Shown here piece by piece: positions 1 through 12,084 of a DNA stretch of 64,000 nucleotides. Position 1 is the first letter of the stretch. Each line of letters opens with the position of its first letter. This DNA comes from Escherichia coli. Lineage in GTDB: Bacteria > Pseudomonadota > Gammaproteobacteria > Enterobacterales > Enterobacteriaceae. Both the position numbers and the translations under genes were made by a program. The notes under the pieces are model-generated. The model saw only the letters and a list, made by a program, of their open reading frames with translations. It did not search any database and was not told where the DNA came from. The stretch lies in the NCBI RefSeq assembly GCF_044647545.1, contig NZ_CP172818.1; one strand, written 5' to 3'.

Positions 1-1008
<1,008 letters not shown>

Positions 1009-1027
1009 CTCGCACTTTATTAACAAG

Positions 1028-1052
1028 CTAAAAAGGCGCCGAAGCGCCTTTA
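1028..1052. terminator. Bidirectional rho-independent terminator between convergent bglA and gcvP
   Basis: GC hairpin aggcgcc-gaa-gcgcct with A-run on one side and T-rich on the other. Confidence 0.6.
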
Positions 1053-1073
1053 GAAGATAGTCGAATCAGTGAA

Positions 1074-3947
1074 TTACTGGTATTCGCTAATCGGTACGCA
1101 GGAGCAGAACAGGTTACGGTCGCCGTAAACATCATCCAGACGTTTCACTGTCGGCCAGTATTTGTCTGCCACGCCTGCCGGGAATACCGCAACTTCACGG
1201 CTGTACGGATGCGCCCACTCGGCGACCAGTTCGCTCTGAATGTGCGGCGCGTTCACCAGCGGGTTATCTTCCAGCGGCCAGACACCGGCTTTCACCTGGT
1301 CAATTTCTGCGCGGATAGCCAGCATCGCGTCGATAAAGCGATCCAGTTCCACTTTGCTTTCAGATTCAGTCGGTTCAACCATCAGCGTACCCGCCACCGG
1401 GAACGACATGGTCGGCGCGTGGAAACCGTAGTCGATCAGACGCTTGGCAATATCCAGTTCGCTGATGCCGGTTTCTTCTTTCAGCGGGCGAATATCGAGA
1501 ATACATTCGTGCGCCACGCGACCGTCGCGACCGGTATACAGCACCGGGAAGGCATCCTGCAGGCGGCTGGCAATATAGTTGGCGTTAAGAATTGCCACCT
1601 GGCTTGCTTTTTTCAGCCCTTCTGCGCCCATCATGCGGATGTACATCCAGCTGATTGGCAGAATGGATGCGCTACCGAACGGTGCCGCAGAAACCGCGCC
1701 CTGACGGGTTAACATGCCTTCAATTTGTACCACGCTATGACCTGGCACAAACGGTGCCAGATGCGCTTTCACGCCGATCGGTCCCATACCAGGGCCGCCG
1801 CCACCGTGCGGAATGCAGAAAGTTTTATGCAGGTTAAGGTGCGAGACGTCCGCGCCAATAAAGCCCGGTGAGGTGATGCCGACCTGGGCGTTCATGTTCG
1901 CGCCATCAAGGTAAACCTGACCGCCGAACTGATGCACGACTTCACACACTTCACGGATCGTTTCTTCATACACGCCGTGGGTGGAAGGATAGGTCACCAT
2001 GATACAGGAGAGGTTATCGCCCGCCTGTTCCGCTTTCGCGCGCAGATCAGTCAGATCGATGTTGCCGTTTTTATCACACGCCACAACCACCACCTGCATT
2101 CCTGCCATATGTGCAGAAGCGGGGTTAGTTCCGTGCGCAGAAGCCGGGATCAGGCAGATATCACGATGCCCTTCGTTGCGGCTTTCATGATAATGACGAA
2201 TCGCCAGCAGGCCCGCGTATTCGCCCTGTGCGCCAGAGTTCGGCTGCATACAAACGGCGTCGTAACCGGTCAGTTTCACCAGCCAGTCAGCCAGCTGCGC
2301 AATCATCTGCTGATAACCTTCGGCCTGCTCCGGCGGGCAGAACGGGTGCAGTTCGGCAAATTCCGGCCAGGTGATTGGGATCATCTCGGCGGCGGCGTTC
2401 AGTTTCATGGTGCAGGAACCCAGCGGGATCATCGCCTGATTCAGCGCCAGATCTTTACGCTCCAGCGAGTGCATATAGCGCATCATTTCGGTTTCGCTGT
2501 GGTAGCGATTAAACACCGGATGGGTGAGGATTTCGACGTCGCGCAGCATCGCAGGCTGAATAGAGCGGCTGTCGTGAGCCACGTCTTTGTCCAGCGTGTC
2601 GATGTCCAGGCCGTGGTTATCCCCCAGCAGTACGCTGAAAAGCTGCATCACGTTTTCACGCGTGGTGGTTTCATCAAGGGTGATCCCAACCGCGTTCAGG
2701 ATATCGCTACGCAGGTTGATTTCAGCCGCTTCGGCACGCGCCAGTACGCCCGCCTTGTCTGCCACTTCCACACACAAAGTGTCGAAATAGTGCGCATGAC
2801 GCAGTTTCAGACCTTTTTGTTGCAGGCCCGCCGCCAGGATATCGGTCAGACGGTGGATGCGGTTAGCGATACGTTTCAGGCCAACCGGGCCGTGATAAAC
2901 GGCATACAGGCTGGCGATGTTTGCCAGCAGTACCTGGGAAGTACAAATGTTGGAGTTCGCTTTCTCACGGCGAATATGTTGCTCGCGAGTCTGCATCGCC
3001 ATGCGCAGAGCGGTATTGCCAGCTGCATCTTTCGATACACCGATAATACGGCCCGGCATTGAGCGTTTGTATTCATCTTTCGCCGCAAAGAATGCTGCGT
3101 GTGGGCCACCGTAGCCCATCGGCACACCGAAGCGTTGCGCCGAACCAAAGACAATATCCGCGCCCTGTTTACCCGGCGCAGTTAACAGCACCAGCGCCAT
3201 AATATCGGCGGCGACACTGACCACAATTTTGCGTGATTTCAGTTCGCTGATGAGCGCAGTGTAGTCGTGGATTTCACCGGTTGTGCCAACCTGCTGTAAC
3301 AGCACGCCGAAGACGTCCTGATGGTCGAGCACTTTTTGCGCGTCATCGACAATCACTTCAAAACCAAAGGTTTCAGCACGAGTACGGACCACATCGAGCG
3401 TTTGCGGATGAACGTCAGAAGCAACGAAGAAGCGGTTGGCATTTTTCAGTTTGCTGACGCGTTTCGCCATCGCCATTGCTTCGGCGGCAGCAGTGGCCTC
3501 GTCCAGAAGAGAGGCAGAGGCCATATCCAGCCCGGTCAAATCCAGCGTTACCTGCTGGAAGTTGAGCAGTGCTTCAAGGCGGCCCTGGGAGACTTCAGGT
3601 TGATACGGAGTATACGCGGTATACCAGCCCGGATTTTCCAGCATGTTACGCAGAATAACCGGCGGTAGCTGCACGGCGGTGTAACCCATGCCGATGTAAG
3701 ACGTGAAGCGTTTATTGCGACTGGCAATAGCCTTGAGTTCCGCCAGCGCGGCGTATTCGGTCGCCGGTGCGCCAACCTGCGGCGGGGTCGCAAGCTGAAT
3801 ATCTTTCGGCACAATCTGGCCGGTCAGCGCGTTTAACGATTGTGCGCCAACGGCATTCAGCATTTCTTGCTGTTGCGCGGCGTCCGGTCCGATATGGCGT
3901 TCAATAAAAGCGCCGCTGTTTTCAAGCTGGCTTAACGTCTGTGTCAT
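1074..3947 (-). CDS. gcvP: Glycine dehydrogenase (decarboxylating), glycine cleavage P-protein
   Basis: 957-aa product from canonical start [10 protein letters not shown] (ORF track extends further upstream in frame); PLP-dependent P-protein sequence. Confidence 0.95.
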   Translation of the reverse strand: MTQTLSQLENSGAFIERHIGPDAAQQQEMLNAVGAQSLNALTGQIVPKDIQLATPPQVGAPATEYAALAELKAIASRNKRFTSYIGMGYTAVQLPPVILRNMLENPGWYTAYTPYQPEVSQGRLEALLNFQQVTLDLTGLDMASASLLDEATAAAEAMAMAKRVSKLKNANRFFVASDVHPQTLDVVRTRAETFGFEVIVDDAQKVLDHQDVFGVLLQQVGTTGEIHDYTALISELKSRKIVVSVAADIMALVLLTAPGKQGADIVFGSAQRFGVPMGYGGPHAAFFAAKDEYKRSMPGRIIGVSKDAAGNTALRMAMQTREQHIRREKANSNICTSQVLLANIASLYAVYHGPVGLKRIANRIHRLTDILAAGLQQKGLKLRHAHYFDTLCVEVADKAGVLARAEAAEINLRSDILNAVGITLDETTTRENVMQLFSVLLGDNHGLDIDTLDKDVAHDSRSIQPAMLRDVEILTHPVFNRYHSETEMMRYMHSLERKDLALNQAMIPLGSCTMKLNAAAEMIPITWPEFAELHPFCPPEQAEGYQQMIAQLADWLVKLTGYDAVCMQPNSGAQGEYAGLLAIRHYHESRNEGHRDICLIPASAHGTNPASAHMAGMQVVVVACDKNGNIDLTDLRAKAEQAGDNLSCIMVTYPSTHGVYEETIREVCEVVHQFGGQVYLDGANMNAQVGITSPGFIGADVSHLNLHKTFCIPHGGGGPGMGPIGVKAHLAPFVPGHSVVQIEGMLTRQGAVSAAPFGSASILPISWMYIRMMGAEGLKKASQVAILNANYIASRLQDAFPVLYTGRDGRVAHECILDIRPLKEETGISELDIAKRLIDYGFHAPTMSFPVAGTLMVEPTESESKVELDRFIDAMLAIRAEIDQVKAGVWPLEDNPLVNAPHIQSELVAEWAHPYSREVAVFPAGVADKYWPTVKRLDDVYGDRNLFCSCVPISEYQ

Positions 3948-4065
3948 GAGCGATGGTTCCTGAAACGTGCAGTGAATTGTGAACCTCTCTCCTTGCGAAG
4001 AGAGTGAGGGTGAGGCGTAAAAGTTCCTCACCCTGATCCTCTCCCGCAGAAGAGGAATAAAGCCG

Positions 4066-4455
4066 TTACTCGTCTTCTAACAATGCTTCGTATGCGGTCG
4101 CATCCAGCAGTGATTCCAGTTCGCTTTCATCGCTGGCTTTGATTTTAAAGATCCAGCCGCCTGCATACGGTTCGCTGTTCACCAGTTCCGGGGAATCGCT
4201 CAGTGCGTCGTTTACCGCCACGATTTCACCGCTTACTGGCGCATAAATGTCTGACGCCGCTTTTACTGATTCGGCAACCGCGCAGTCATCGCCCGCGCTA
4301 ACCGTTGCGCCCACTTCCGGCAGGTCAACAAACACCATATCGCCTAACAGCTCCTGGGCATGTTCGGTGATACCAACGGTGTAAGTGCCGTCGGCTTCTT
4401 TACGCAGCCATTCGTGTTCTTTGCTGTATTTCAGTTCTGCTGGTACGTTGCTCAT
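4066..4455 (-). CDS. gcvH: Glycine cleavage system H protein (lipoyl carrier)
   Basis: 129-aa product [16 protein letters not shown]..., lipoyl-lysine region [19 protein letters not shown]. Confidence 0.95.
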
Positions 4456-4478
4456 CAATCAATCTCCAAAAAAGTAAA

Positions 4479-5573
4479 TCACGCGACGGCTTTACCGTTA
4501 CGCACAAAAACAGGTTTCGTCACTTTAACCGGCATTTCACGGTTGCGAATTTGTACAATCGCTGTTTCACCAATACCTTCCGGCACGCGCGCCAGCGCAA
4601 TGCTGTAACCCAGCGTCGGGGAGAAAGTACCGCTGGTGATAATGCCTTCATGCTGGTTGCCCTGCGCATCGGTAAAGCGTACCGGCAGTTCATTACGCAG
4701 CACGCCTTTTTCGGTCATCACCAGACCAACCAGTTTTTCTGTGCCATGCTCACGCTGCACTTCCAGGGCTTCACGACCGATGAAGTCACGATCTGCCGGT
4801 TCCCAGGCGATAGTCCAGCCCATATTGGCGGCTAAAGGAGAGATGGTTTCGTCCATCTCCTGACTATAAAGATTCATACCCGCTTCCAGACGCAGCGTGT
4901 CACGCGCGCCCAGGCCGCATGGCTTAACGCCCGCTTCCACCAGCGCGCGCCAGAAATCCGCCGCTTTTTCATTGGGCAGCGCAATTTCATAGCCCGCTTC
5001 ACCGGTATAACCAGTGGTGGCAATAAACAGATCGCCCGCCTGCACGCCAAAGAACGGTTTCATCCCTTCCACCGCCTGACGCTGGGCGTCATTAAACAGT
5101 GTGGCAGCTTTTGCCTGCGCATTCGGCCCTTGTACGGCGATCATGGAAAGGTCATCACGAACGGTAATTTCGATGCCGAAAGGTTCAGCGTGTTGGGTAA
5201 TCCAGGAGAGGTCTTTTTCGCGGGTGGCGGAGTTAACAACGAGGCGGAAGAAATCTTCAGTAAAGTAGTAGACGATGAGGTCATCTATCACACCGCCAGA
5301 GGCATTCAACATCCCCGAGTAAAGGGCTTTGCCGCTTTTGGTGAGTTTCGCCACATCGTTCGCCAGCAGATAACGCAGAAACTCCCGAGTGCGGCTGCCG
5401 CGAAGATCGACGATGGTCATATGTGACACATCAAACATTCCGGCATCGGTACGTACCGCATGATGTTCGTCGATTTGCGAACCGTAATGCAGCGGCATCA
5501 TCCAGCCGTGGAAATCCACCATGCGAGCGCCGCAAAGCGTGTGTTGTTCGTACAAAGGAGTCTGTTGTGCCAT
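4479..5573 (-). CDS. gcvT: Aminomethyltransferase, glycine cleavage T-protein
   Basis: 364-aa product from [13 protein letters not shown]...; ORF track includes an in-frame upstream extension that I do not call. Confidence 0.95.
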
Positions 5574-6020
5574 CTTGTCCTCATTGAATAAGCGGGGCTG
5601 ACAACTTTTCCATGGCGAAATTATCACCACGAAACCCAGCATCGGAGCCACTCCCGGTCCCCAACGCAATCGTTCTCTTTTGCCTGAACTTACCACCGAA
5701 ACAGACTGTTAACCATAAGGTAAAATTGATCATCACATTAGCTTATGGTTAAAAAATGCAAAAATCGCAACAGAATAAAAAACCAAAAAATGAACAAATC
5801 TCTATATAAAGATAAACAGATGAGAAAGTTAATTTGATTAATGCAATATTAAGAACTAAAAAAATGTCAAAAAACACTAAATCAAAAAATCATGACATTA
5901 GAAAATATAATGCGAAAACGGAGGTGAAATTAGTTTATTTCAAATGAGGAAAATCTCCCGGCGAAAAAACCGGGAGATGAAAGTGTGATGGGTATCAAAT
6001 AAACAACAGAGGAGAAATTT
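5574..6020 (-). promoter_or_regulatory. gcvTHP promoter/upstream regulatory region (AT-rich, ~450 bp)
   Basis: Long AT-rich non-coding interval upstream of gcvT; in E. coli this region carries GcvA/Lrp/CRP/PurR sites (not individually mapped here). Confidence 0.5.
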
Positions 6021-7223
6021 TTAACGCAGCCATTCAGGCAAATCGTTTAATCCCATTGCCTGGCGGATAAGTTGTGGTTTAACGCCAGGAAGCGTGTCGG
6101 CCAGTTTTAAACCAATATCACGCAGCAATTTTTTCGCCGGATTGGTACCGGAAAACAGATCGCGGAATCCCTGCATACCAGCCAGCATCAGCGCCGCACT
6201 GTGCTTACGGCTACGCTCATAGCGACGCAGGTAAATGTACTGCCCGATGTCTTTACCCTGACGATGCAACCGTTTCAGTTCAGCAATCAGCTCTGCAGCA
6301 TCCATAAAGCCGAGATTTACCCCCTGCCCCGCCAGCGGGTGAATAGTATGCGCGGCGTCGCCCACCAGCGCCAGACGGTGTGCGGCAAACTGGCGCGCAT
6401 AACGCCCCGTTAGCGGGAACACCAGGCGCTCACTTTCAACCTTGCATAAGCCCAGGCGATTATCAAAAGCGATATTTAACGCGCGATTAAATTCGTCTTC
6501 GCCTGCCTGCTGCATCCGCTGCGCTTCCTCTGGCGACAGTGACCAGACAATCGAGCAAAGATGCGGATCGCTAAGCGGCAAAAAGGCCAGAATGCCTTCG
6601 CCATGAAAAACCTGCCGCGCCACCGCATCATGCGGTTCTTCCGTGCGAATGGTCGCTACCAGCGCGTGATGCTGATAATCCCAGAAAGTCAGCGGAATAT
6701 CGGCTTTGTTGCGCAACCAGGAATTAGCGCCGTCCGCGCCAATCACCAGACGCGCCGTTAACATACTGCCATCTTTCAACGTCAGGAAGGTTTCATTTTC
6801 TCCCCAGGCGACCTGCTGTAATTCTGCGGGGGCCAACAGAGTGATATCTGACGACTGCTGCGCTTTGTTCCACAGCGCGTAGTGAATCACCGAGTTTTCA
6901 ACGATATGCCCAAGATGGCTATAGCCCATGCTTTGATCGTCAAACGAAATGTGACCAAAACTGTCTTTGTCCCACACTTCCATACCGTGATAACAACTGG
7001 CCCTACGAGAGAGAATGTCCTGCCAGACGCCAAGACGGGTGAGTAATTTTTCGCTGGCGGCATTGATAGCCGAAACGCGCAGTTGTGGTGGTGCATCCGC
7101 CGCCAGAGGTTCCGGTACGCGCTGCTCCAGTACGGCAACGCGTAAGCCGCTACCCTGCAAGCCGCAGGCAACCGCCAGCCCCACCATGCCGCCGCCAACA
7201 ATGGCTACATCAACACTTTGCAT
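6021..7223 (-). CDS. ubiI: FAD-dependent 2-octaprenylphenol hydroxylase
   Basis: 400-aa product with N-terminal FAD-binding GGGMVG motif; matches VisC/UbiI. Confidence 0.9.
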   Translation of the reverse strand: MQSVDVAIVGGGMVGLAVACGLQGSGLRVAVLEQRVPEPLAADAPPQLRVSAINAASEKLLTRLGVWQDILSRRASCYHGMEVWDKDSFGHISFDDQSMGYSHLGHIVENSVIHYALWNKAQQSSDITLLAPAELQQVAWGENETFLTLKDGSMLTARLVIGADGANSWLRNKADIPLTFWDYQHHALVATIRTEEPHDAVARQVFHGEGILAFLPLSDPHLCSIVWSLSPEEAQRMQQAGEDEFNRALNIAFDNRLGLCKVESERLVFPLTGRYARQFAAHRLALVGDAAHTIHPLAGQGVNLGFMDAAELIAELKRLHRQGKDIGQYIYLRRYERSRKHSAALMLAGMQGFRDLFSGTNPAKKLLRDIGLKLADTLPGVKPQLIRQAMGLNDLPEWLR

Positions 7224-7245
7224 TGTTTATTCCTTAAAACCGCCT

Positions 7246-8424
7246 TCAACGCGCCACCCACCCGAGGGTGCGCTGCGCCAGCACATCGCGTGCTGGGGTG
7301 AATAATTCCATTGCCATCAGCCCGATGTTGCGCCCGACAACCAGCGGCCCCCAACGGTTGGCAAAAAGATGTACAAGGCTGTCCGTGACGCCGATGGTTG
7401 CTTCGCGATCGCGCTGTCGACGCTGCTGATAACGGCACAATACGCCGTAATCACCCATGTCTTCTCCGCGCTCCTGCGCCTGAGTCAGGGTTTCCGCAAG
7501 GCTCATGACATCTCGCATACCGAGGTTGAACCCTTGCCCGGCAATCGGGTGCAGAGTTTGCGCCGCATTGCCCACCAGCACGGTACGATGGGTAATAGGT
7601 CTGGCGGCGCGGGTTAACGCCAGCGGATAAGCACTGCGTTTACCAGCGTGGGTAATTTTCCCAAGTCGCCAACCAAAGGCCGACTGGAGTTCACGGCAAA
7701 ACTTCTCGTCGCTCCAAGACAGTACCTCTTCGCGCCGTTCCAGTGGATGACACCAGACCAGCGAACAGCGTCCGTCAGACATCGGCAACATCGCCAGCGG
7801 GCCATATTGTGTAAAGCGTTCAAAAGCGCGCCCTTCATGCGCAACGGAAGTCGCAACGTTGGCAATCACAGCCAGTTGTTCGTAAGGCTCCTGCTGCCAG
7901 TCAACGCCGCACACGGTGGCTAACGCTGAATGGGTGCCATCAGCGGCTACCAGCACGCAGCCCGTCAGCGTCTCGCCACTCTCCAGCGTCACTTCAACGT
8001 GACTCTGAGTACGGGCAACGTTAGCCACGCGATCAGGACAATGCAGCGTTACGCCAGGTGCTTTGCGCAGCAATGCAAACAGCCGTTGCCCGACATTATG
8101 CAATTCGACAACCTGCCCCAGCGCCGCCAGTTGGTAATCTTCTGCGGCGAGGGTGACGAATCCGGCATGACCACGATCGCTGACATGCACGGTAGTGATG
8201 GCGGTTGCGCAATCAGCCAGAGATTGCCAGACGCCGATGCGCGCCAGTTGCTGACAGGTACCCGCCGCCAGCGCAATAGCCCGTCCATCAAAGCCCGGAT
8301 GAGCATGTGACTCTGGCGCAGTCGCTTCAATCAAATGTACCGGCAGCGCCCCGTGACTTAACCGGGAAATAGCCAGCGCCAGCGTCGCGCCCGCCATGCC
8401 GCCACCGACGATGATTACGCTCAT
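7246..8424 (-). CDS. ubiH: 2-octaprenyl-6-methoxyphenol hydroxylase
   Basis: 392-aa FAD monooxygenase, N-terminal IVGGGMAG; matches UbiH. Confidence 0.9.
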   Translation of the reverse strand: MSVIIVGGGMAGATLALAISRLSHGALPVHLIEATAPESHAHPGFDGRAIALAAGTCQQLARIGVWQSLADCATAITTVHVSDRGHAGFVTLAAEDYQLAALGQVVELHNVGQRLFALLRKAPGVTLHCPDRVANVARTQSHVEVTLESGETLTGCVLVAADGTHSALATVCGVDWQQEPYEQLAVIANVATSVAHEGRAFERFTQYGPLAMLPMSDGRCSLVWCHPLERREEVLSWSDEKFCRELQSAFGWRLGKITHAGKRSAYPLALTRAARPITHRTVLVGNAAQTLHPIAGQGFNLGMRDVMSLAETLTQAQERGEDMGDYGVLCRYQQRRQRDREATIGVTDSLVHLFANRWGPLVVGRNIGLMAMELFTPARDVLAQRTLGWVAR

Positions 8425-9746
8425 TGCTTTCTCGCAGCAGCCATCAACGCTTCGATTTCTTCCGGCTTTTTCACCACGCTGGCGGTGAGGTTTTCGTTGC
8501 CGGTTTCGGTAATCACAATGTCGTCTTCAATACGAATGCCGATACCGCGATATTGTTCTGGCACTTCTGCATCCGGCGCAATATACAGACCAGGCTCTAC
8601 GGTCAGTACCATCCCCGGTTCCAGAATACGCGAGCGATCCTGACCATAAACACCAACGTCATGAACATCCAGTCCTAACCAGTGGCTAAGGCCATGCATA
8701 AAGAAAGGACGATGGGCGTTCTGAGCGATCAGTTCATCAACATCACCTTTCAGGATGCCGAGTTTTACCAGGCCGCTAACCATGATGCGCACCACTTCAC
8801 CAGTGACTTCCTGCATGGAAGTTCCCGGACGATACAGCCGCAGGCTGGTTTCAAGAGACTCCAGCACAATGTCGTAGATTTCACGCTGGGCCAGGGTGAA
8901 TTTGCCGTTGACCGGGAAGGTGCGGGTAATATCGCCCGCGTAACCTTTGTATTCACAACCCGCGTCAATCAACACCAGGTCACCGTCGCGCAGTTCACTC
9001 TCGTTTTCGGTGTAGTGCAGAATGCAGCCATTTTCACCGCTGCCGACAATGGTGTTATAGGAAGGATAGCGCGCACCGTGGCGGTTAAATTCGTGGTGAA
9101 TTTCGCCTTCCAGGTGGTACTCGAACATTCCCGGACGGCATTTTTCCATCGCCCGGGTATGCGCCAGGGCGGTGATTTCCCCCGCGCGGCGAAGTACGGC
9201 AATCTCTTCTGGTGATTTGAACAGGCGCATTTCATGAACAATGGGACGCCAGTCGATCATCGTTGCCGGGGCAGTGAGATTCTGTCGCGAGCCTTTACGC
9301 AGCTTTTCCAGCGCGCTGTTCACGATTTCATCAGCATAGGTATATTCGCCCTGAGCGTGATAAACCACATCCAGACCATTAAGCAGTTGATAAAGTTGCT
9401 GATTGATTTCGCTGAATGCCAGTGCGCGGTCAACGCCCAGTTTCTCTGGCGCGGCATCCTGGCCTAAGCGACGACCAAACCAGATCTCTGCCGTCAGGTC
9501 GCGAACGCGGTTAAACAAAACGCTGTGGTTATGAGTGTCGTCGCTTTTAATCAGCACCAGCACCGCTTCCGGTTCGTTAAAGCCGGTGAAGTACCAGAAG
9601 TCACTGTTCTGACGATAGGGGTATTCGCTGTCGGCGCTACGTGTTACTTCTGGTGCAGCAAAAATCAGCGCGGCGCTGCCGGGTTGCATTTGCTCCACCA
9701 GGGCCTGACGGCGACGCTGAAACTCTTGCCGGGATATCTCACTCAT
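8421..9746 (-). CDS. pepP: Xaa-Pro aminopeptidase (aminopeptidase P)
   Basis: 441-aa product from MSEISRQEFQRRRQAL; M24 family; 4-bp overlap with ubiH. Confidence 0.95.
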   Translation of the reverse strand: MSEISRQEFQRRRQALVEQMQPGSAALIFAAPEVTRSADSEYPYRQNSDFWYFTGFNEPEAVLVLIKSDDTHNHSVLFNRVRDLTAEIWFGRRLGQDAAPEKLGVDRALAFSEINQQLYQLLNGLDVVYHAQGEYTYADEIVNSALEKLRKGSRQNLTAPATMIDWRPIVHEMRLFKSPEEIAVLRRAGEITALAHTRAMEKCRPGMFEYHLEGEIHHEFNRHGARYPSYNTIVGSGENGCILHYTENESELRDGDLVLIDAGCEYKGYAGDITRTFPVNGKFTLAQREIYDIVLESLETSLRLYRPGTSMQEVTGEVVRIMVSGLVKLGILKGDVDELIAQNAHRPFFMHGLSHWLGLDVHDVGVYGQDRSRILEPGMVLTVEPGLYIAPDAEVPEQYRGIGIRIEDDIVITETGNENLTASVVKKPEEIEALMAAARKQ

Positions 9747-9771
9747 AACACTCTCCTTACGTTTTTTGTTT

Positions 9772-10350
9772 TTAGTGTAGAGTCGGTTTTTGTACTTCTG
9801 GCGCGGTCGGTTGCGGATGAGTAAAGGTGTCGTGGCATAACAGCGCGGCAACACGAACGTATTCGATGATCTCTTCAAGCGACATTTCAAGCTCTTCCTG
9901 ATCTTCGTCTTCGTCGTAGCCCAGCTGCGCGATGTTACGCAGATCGTCGATGGCTTCACCGGTTTCTCCGGTCACTTTGTCCAGCTTCGGTTGCGTAACG
10001 CCAAGACCAAGCAGGAAGTGATTGACCCAACCTGCCAGCGCATCAGCCCGATCGAAAACGCTGACATCATCGCCATCAGGCAGATAAAGCTGAAAAAGGA
10101 AGCCGTCATCCTGCAGGGCATCGCTGGTGGCAGAGTGCATTTTACGCAGTGCCTGTGCCAGCTCATGACCGAAAGCCATGCCTTCGTTCGTCAGGTCGTG
10201 AAGTAGCGGCAGCCATGAGCTGTCATCGTTACCGCCACATATCATCCCACTGATTAAACCATGCATCTCAGCAGGGGTCAGACCCGTCCCTTGTTGGTTC
10301 AGATACTGGTTCATTTCGTTGTAACCAGGCATTTCGTTCTGTATAGACAT
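9772..10350 (-). CDS. ygfB: UPF0149 family protein YgfB
   Basis: 192-aa product [15 protein letters not shown]... Confidence 0.85.
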
Positions 10351-10451
10351 AAGCATTCGTCGTCAAAGGGAGGAATATTCATGATATGCTACCACTTTGG
10401 GCCCTGGTGGACCAGAAAAGGGCTTGTCTCTTCTCATCAGGGTAGCTATAG

Positions 10452-10847
<396 letters not shown>

Positions 10848-10888
10848 CACTTTTCGGTTTACTGTGGTAGAGTAACCGTGAAGACAAA

Positions 10889-11072
10889 ATTTCTCTGAGA
10901 TGTTCGCAAGCGGGCCAGTCCCCTGAGCCGATATTTCATACCACAAGAATGTGGCGCTCCGCGGTTGGTGAGCATGCTCGGTCCGTCCGAGAAGCCTTAA
11001 AACTGCGACGACACATTCACCTTGAACCAAGGGTTCAAGGGTTACAGCCTGCGGCGGCATCTCGGAGATTCC
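10889..11072 (+). ncRNA. ssrS: 6S RNA (RNA polymerase sigma70-holoenzyme regulator)
   Basis: Sequence atttctctgagatgttcgcaagcgggccagtcccctgagccgatatttcatacc...ggagattccc recognised as E. coli 6S RNA; -10-like tagagtaacc just upstream. Confidence 0.9.
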
Positions 11073-11146
11073 CTTCTTATCTGGCACCAGCCATGACGCA
11101 ACTACCCGAACTCCCACTGACATTATCCCGACAAGAAATCCGCAAA

Positions 11147-11695
11147 ATGATTCGGCAACGTCGTCGTACGTTAACGCCGGAACAACAGCAGGAAATGGGT
11201 CAACAAGCCGCTACCCGGATGATGACTTATCCCCCGGTGGTGATGGCACATACGGTCGCTGTATTCCTCTCTTTTGATGGCGAACTCGACACCCAGCCAC
11301 TCATAGAACAACTCTGGCGCGCCGGTAAGCGCGTATATCTTCCAGTTTTGCATCCCTTTAGTGCCGGTAATTTGCTGTTCCTGAATTACCATCCGCAAAG
11401 CGAACTGGTGATGAACAGGTTGAAGATCCATGAGCCAAAACTGGATGTGCGTGACGTGCTACCCCTTTCCCGATTAGACGTGTTGATCACACCGCTGGTC
11501 GCCTTTGATGAGTACGGTCAGCGCCTGGGAATGGGCGGTGGTTTTTATGATCGGACCTTACAAAACTGGCAGCACTATAAAATGCAACCGGTGGGTTATG
11601 CGCATGATTGTCAGTTGGTGGAAAAACTCCCCGTTGAAGAGTGGGATATCCCTCTTCCTGCGGTGGTTACACCGTCGAAAGTCTGGGAGTGGTAA
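11147..11695 (+). CDS. ygfA: 5-formyltetrahydrofolate cyclo-ligase
   Basis: 182-aa product MIRQRRRTLTPEQQQEMGQQAA...; lies immediately downstream of ssrS (ORF track shows a longer in-frame ORF overlapping 6S RNA). Confidence 0.85.
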   Translation: MIRQRRRTLTPEQQQEMGQQAATRMMTYPPVVMAHTVAVFLSFDGELDTQPLIEQLWRAGKRVYLPVLHPFSAGNLLFLNYHPQSELVMNRLKIHEPKLDVRDVLPLSRLDVLITPLVAFDEYGQRLGMGGGFYDRTLQNWQHYKMQPVGYAHDCQLVEKLPVEEWDIPLPAVVTPSKVWEW

Positions 11696-11754
11696 GGGCG
11701 ACACACCTGCATCGCCCTGATTGACATCGTTGATTCTTTAACCTAATTTAGTGA

Positions 11755-11897
11755 GTAAGGGTAAGGGAGGATGACTCCTCCCCTGAGACTGACTGTTAAT
11801 AAGCTGGGAAACTTATGAGTAACAGTACAATCAGTATGATGACAAGTCGCATCATAACCCTTCTCCTTCAAGCCCTCGCTTCGGTGAGGGCTTTACC
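11755..11897 (+). ncRNA. sibC: SibC antitoxin sRNA antisense to ibsC (boundaries approximate)
   Basis: Antisense to ibsC; ends at intrinsic terminator hairpin gccctcgc-ttcg-gtgagggc followed by ttt (11872-11894). Confidence 0.55.
11796..11855 (-). CDS. ibsC: Type I toxin IbsC (19-aa hydrophobic peptide)
   Basis: Minus-strand translation gives MMRLVIILIVLLLISFPAY*; too short for the ORF track. Confidence 0.8.
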   Translation of the reverse strand: MMRLVIILIVLLLISFPAY

Positions 11898-12030
11898 GTT
11901 ACAGCCCCATGCTGCCCTGCCATCGTAAATCCCCATTAAATAAACACAACGCATTGATCTGACTTTGATTTATTTTCTGGAGCAGACTCGCAAAGTAGAA
12001 TGCGCAATGCGGCAACGGTGTGGAGAAGGG

Positions 12031-12063
12031 ATAAAAAAATCGGGCAAGTCAGTGACCTGCCCG
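12031..12063 (-). terminator. Rho-independent terminator downstream of serA
   Basis: Hairpin cgggcaagtcagtgacctgcccg; on the minus strand it is followed by a T-run (plus-strand ataaaaaaat). Confidence 0.65.
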
Positions 12064-12084
12064 TTAATTTTCAGAGAAGGGGAA

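Noticed and set aside
1932-3062. 376-aa plus-strand ORF inside gcvP, and similar long antisense ORFs inside fbaA (27522-28496), pgk (29097-29795), tktA (37945-38613, 38707-39357), speB (40415-41305), metK (44490-45110) and IS1/serA regions
   Set aside because: They lie entirely antisense to well-supported conserved genes, have His/Arg-rich low-complexity products and no RBS; typical shadow ORFs of GC-rich coding DNA.
1074-4031. Long N-terminal extensions in the ORF track for gcvP (985 aa), gcvT (405), pepP (512), rpiA (243), argP (360), fbaA (387), pgk (408), epd (367), loiP (325), yggR (351), yqgE (211), ruvX (180) and others
   Set aside because: The extended regions have no homology-like sequence, and recognised conserved N-termini begin at internal Met codons; canonical starts were used instead.
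3948-4065. Inverted-repeat hairpin (gagggtgagg...cctcaccctg) between gcvH and gcvP considered as a small RNA or attenuator
   Set aside because: Most simply explained as an intra-operon stem-loop or REP-like element in the gcvH-gcvP spacer; no independent promoter or terminator signature.
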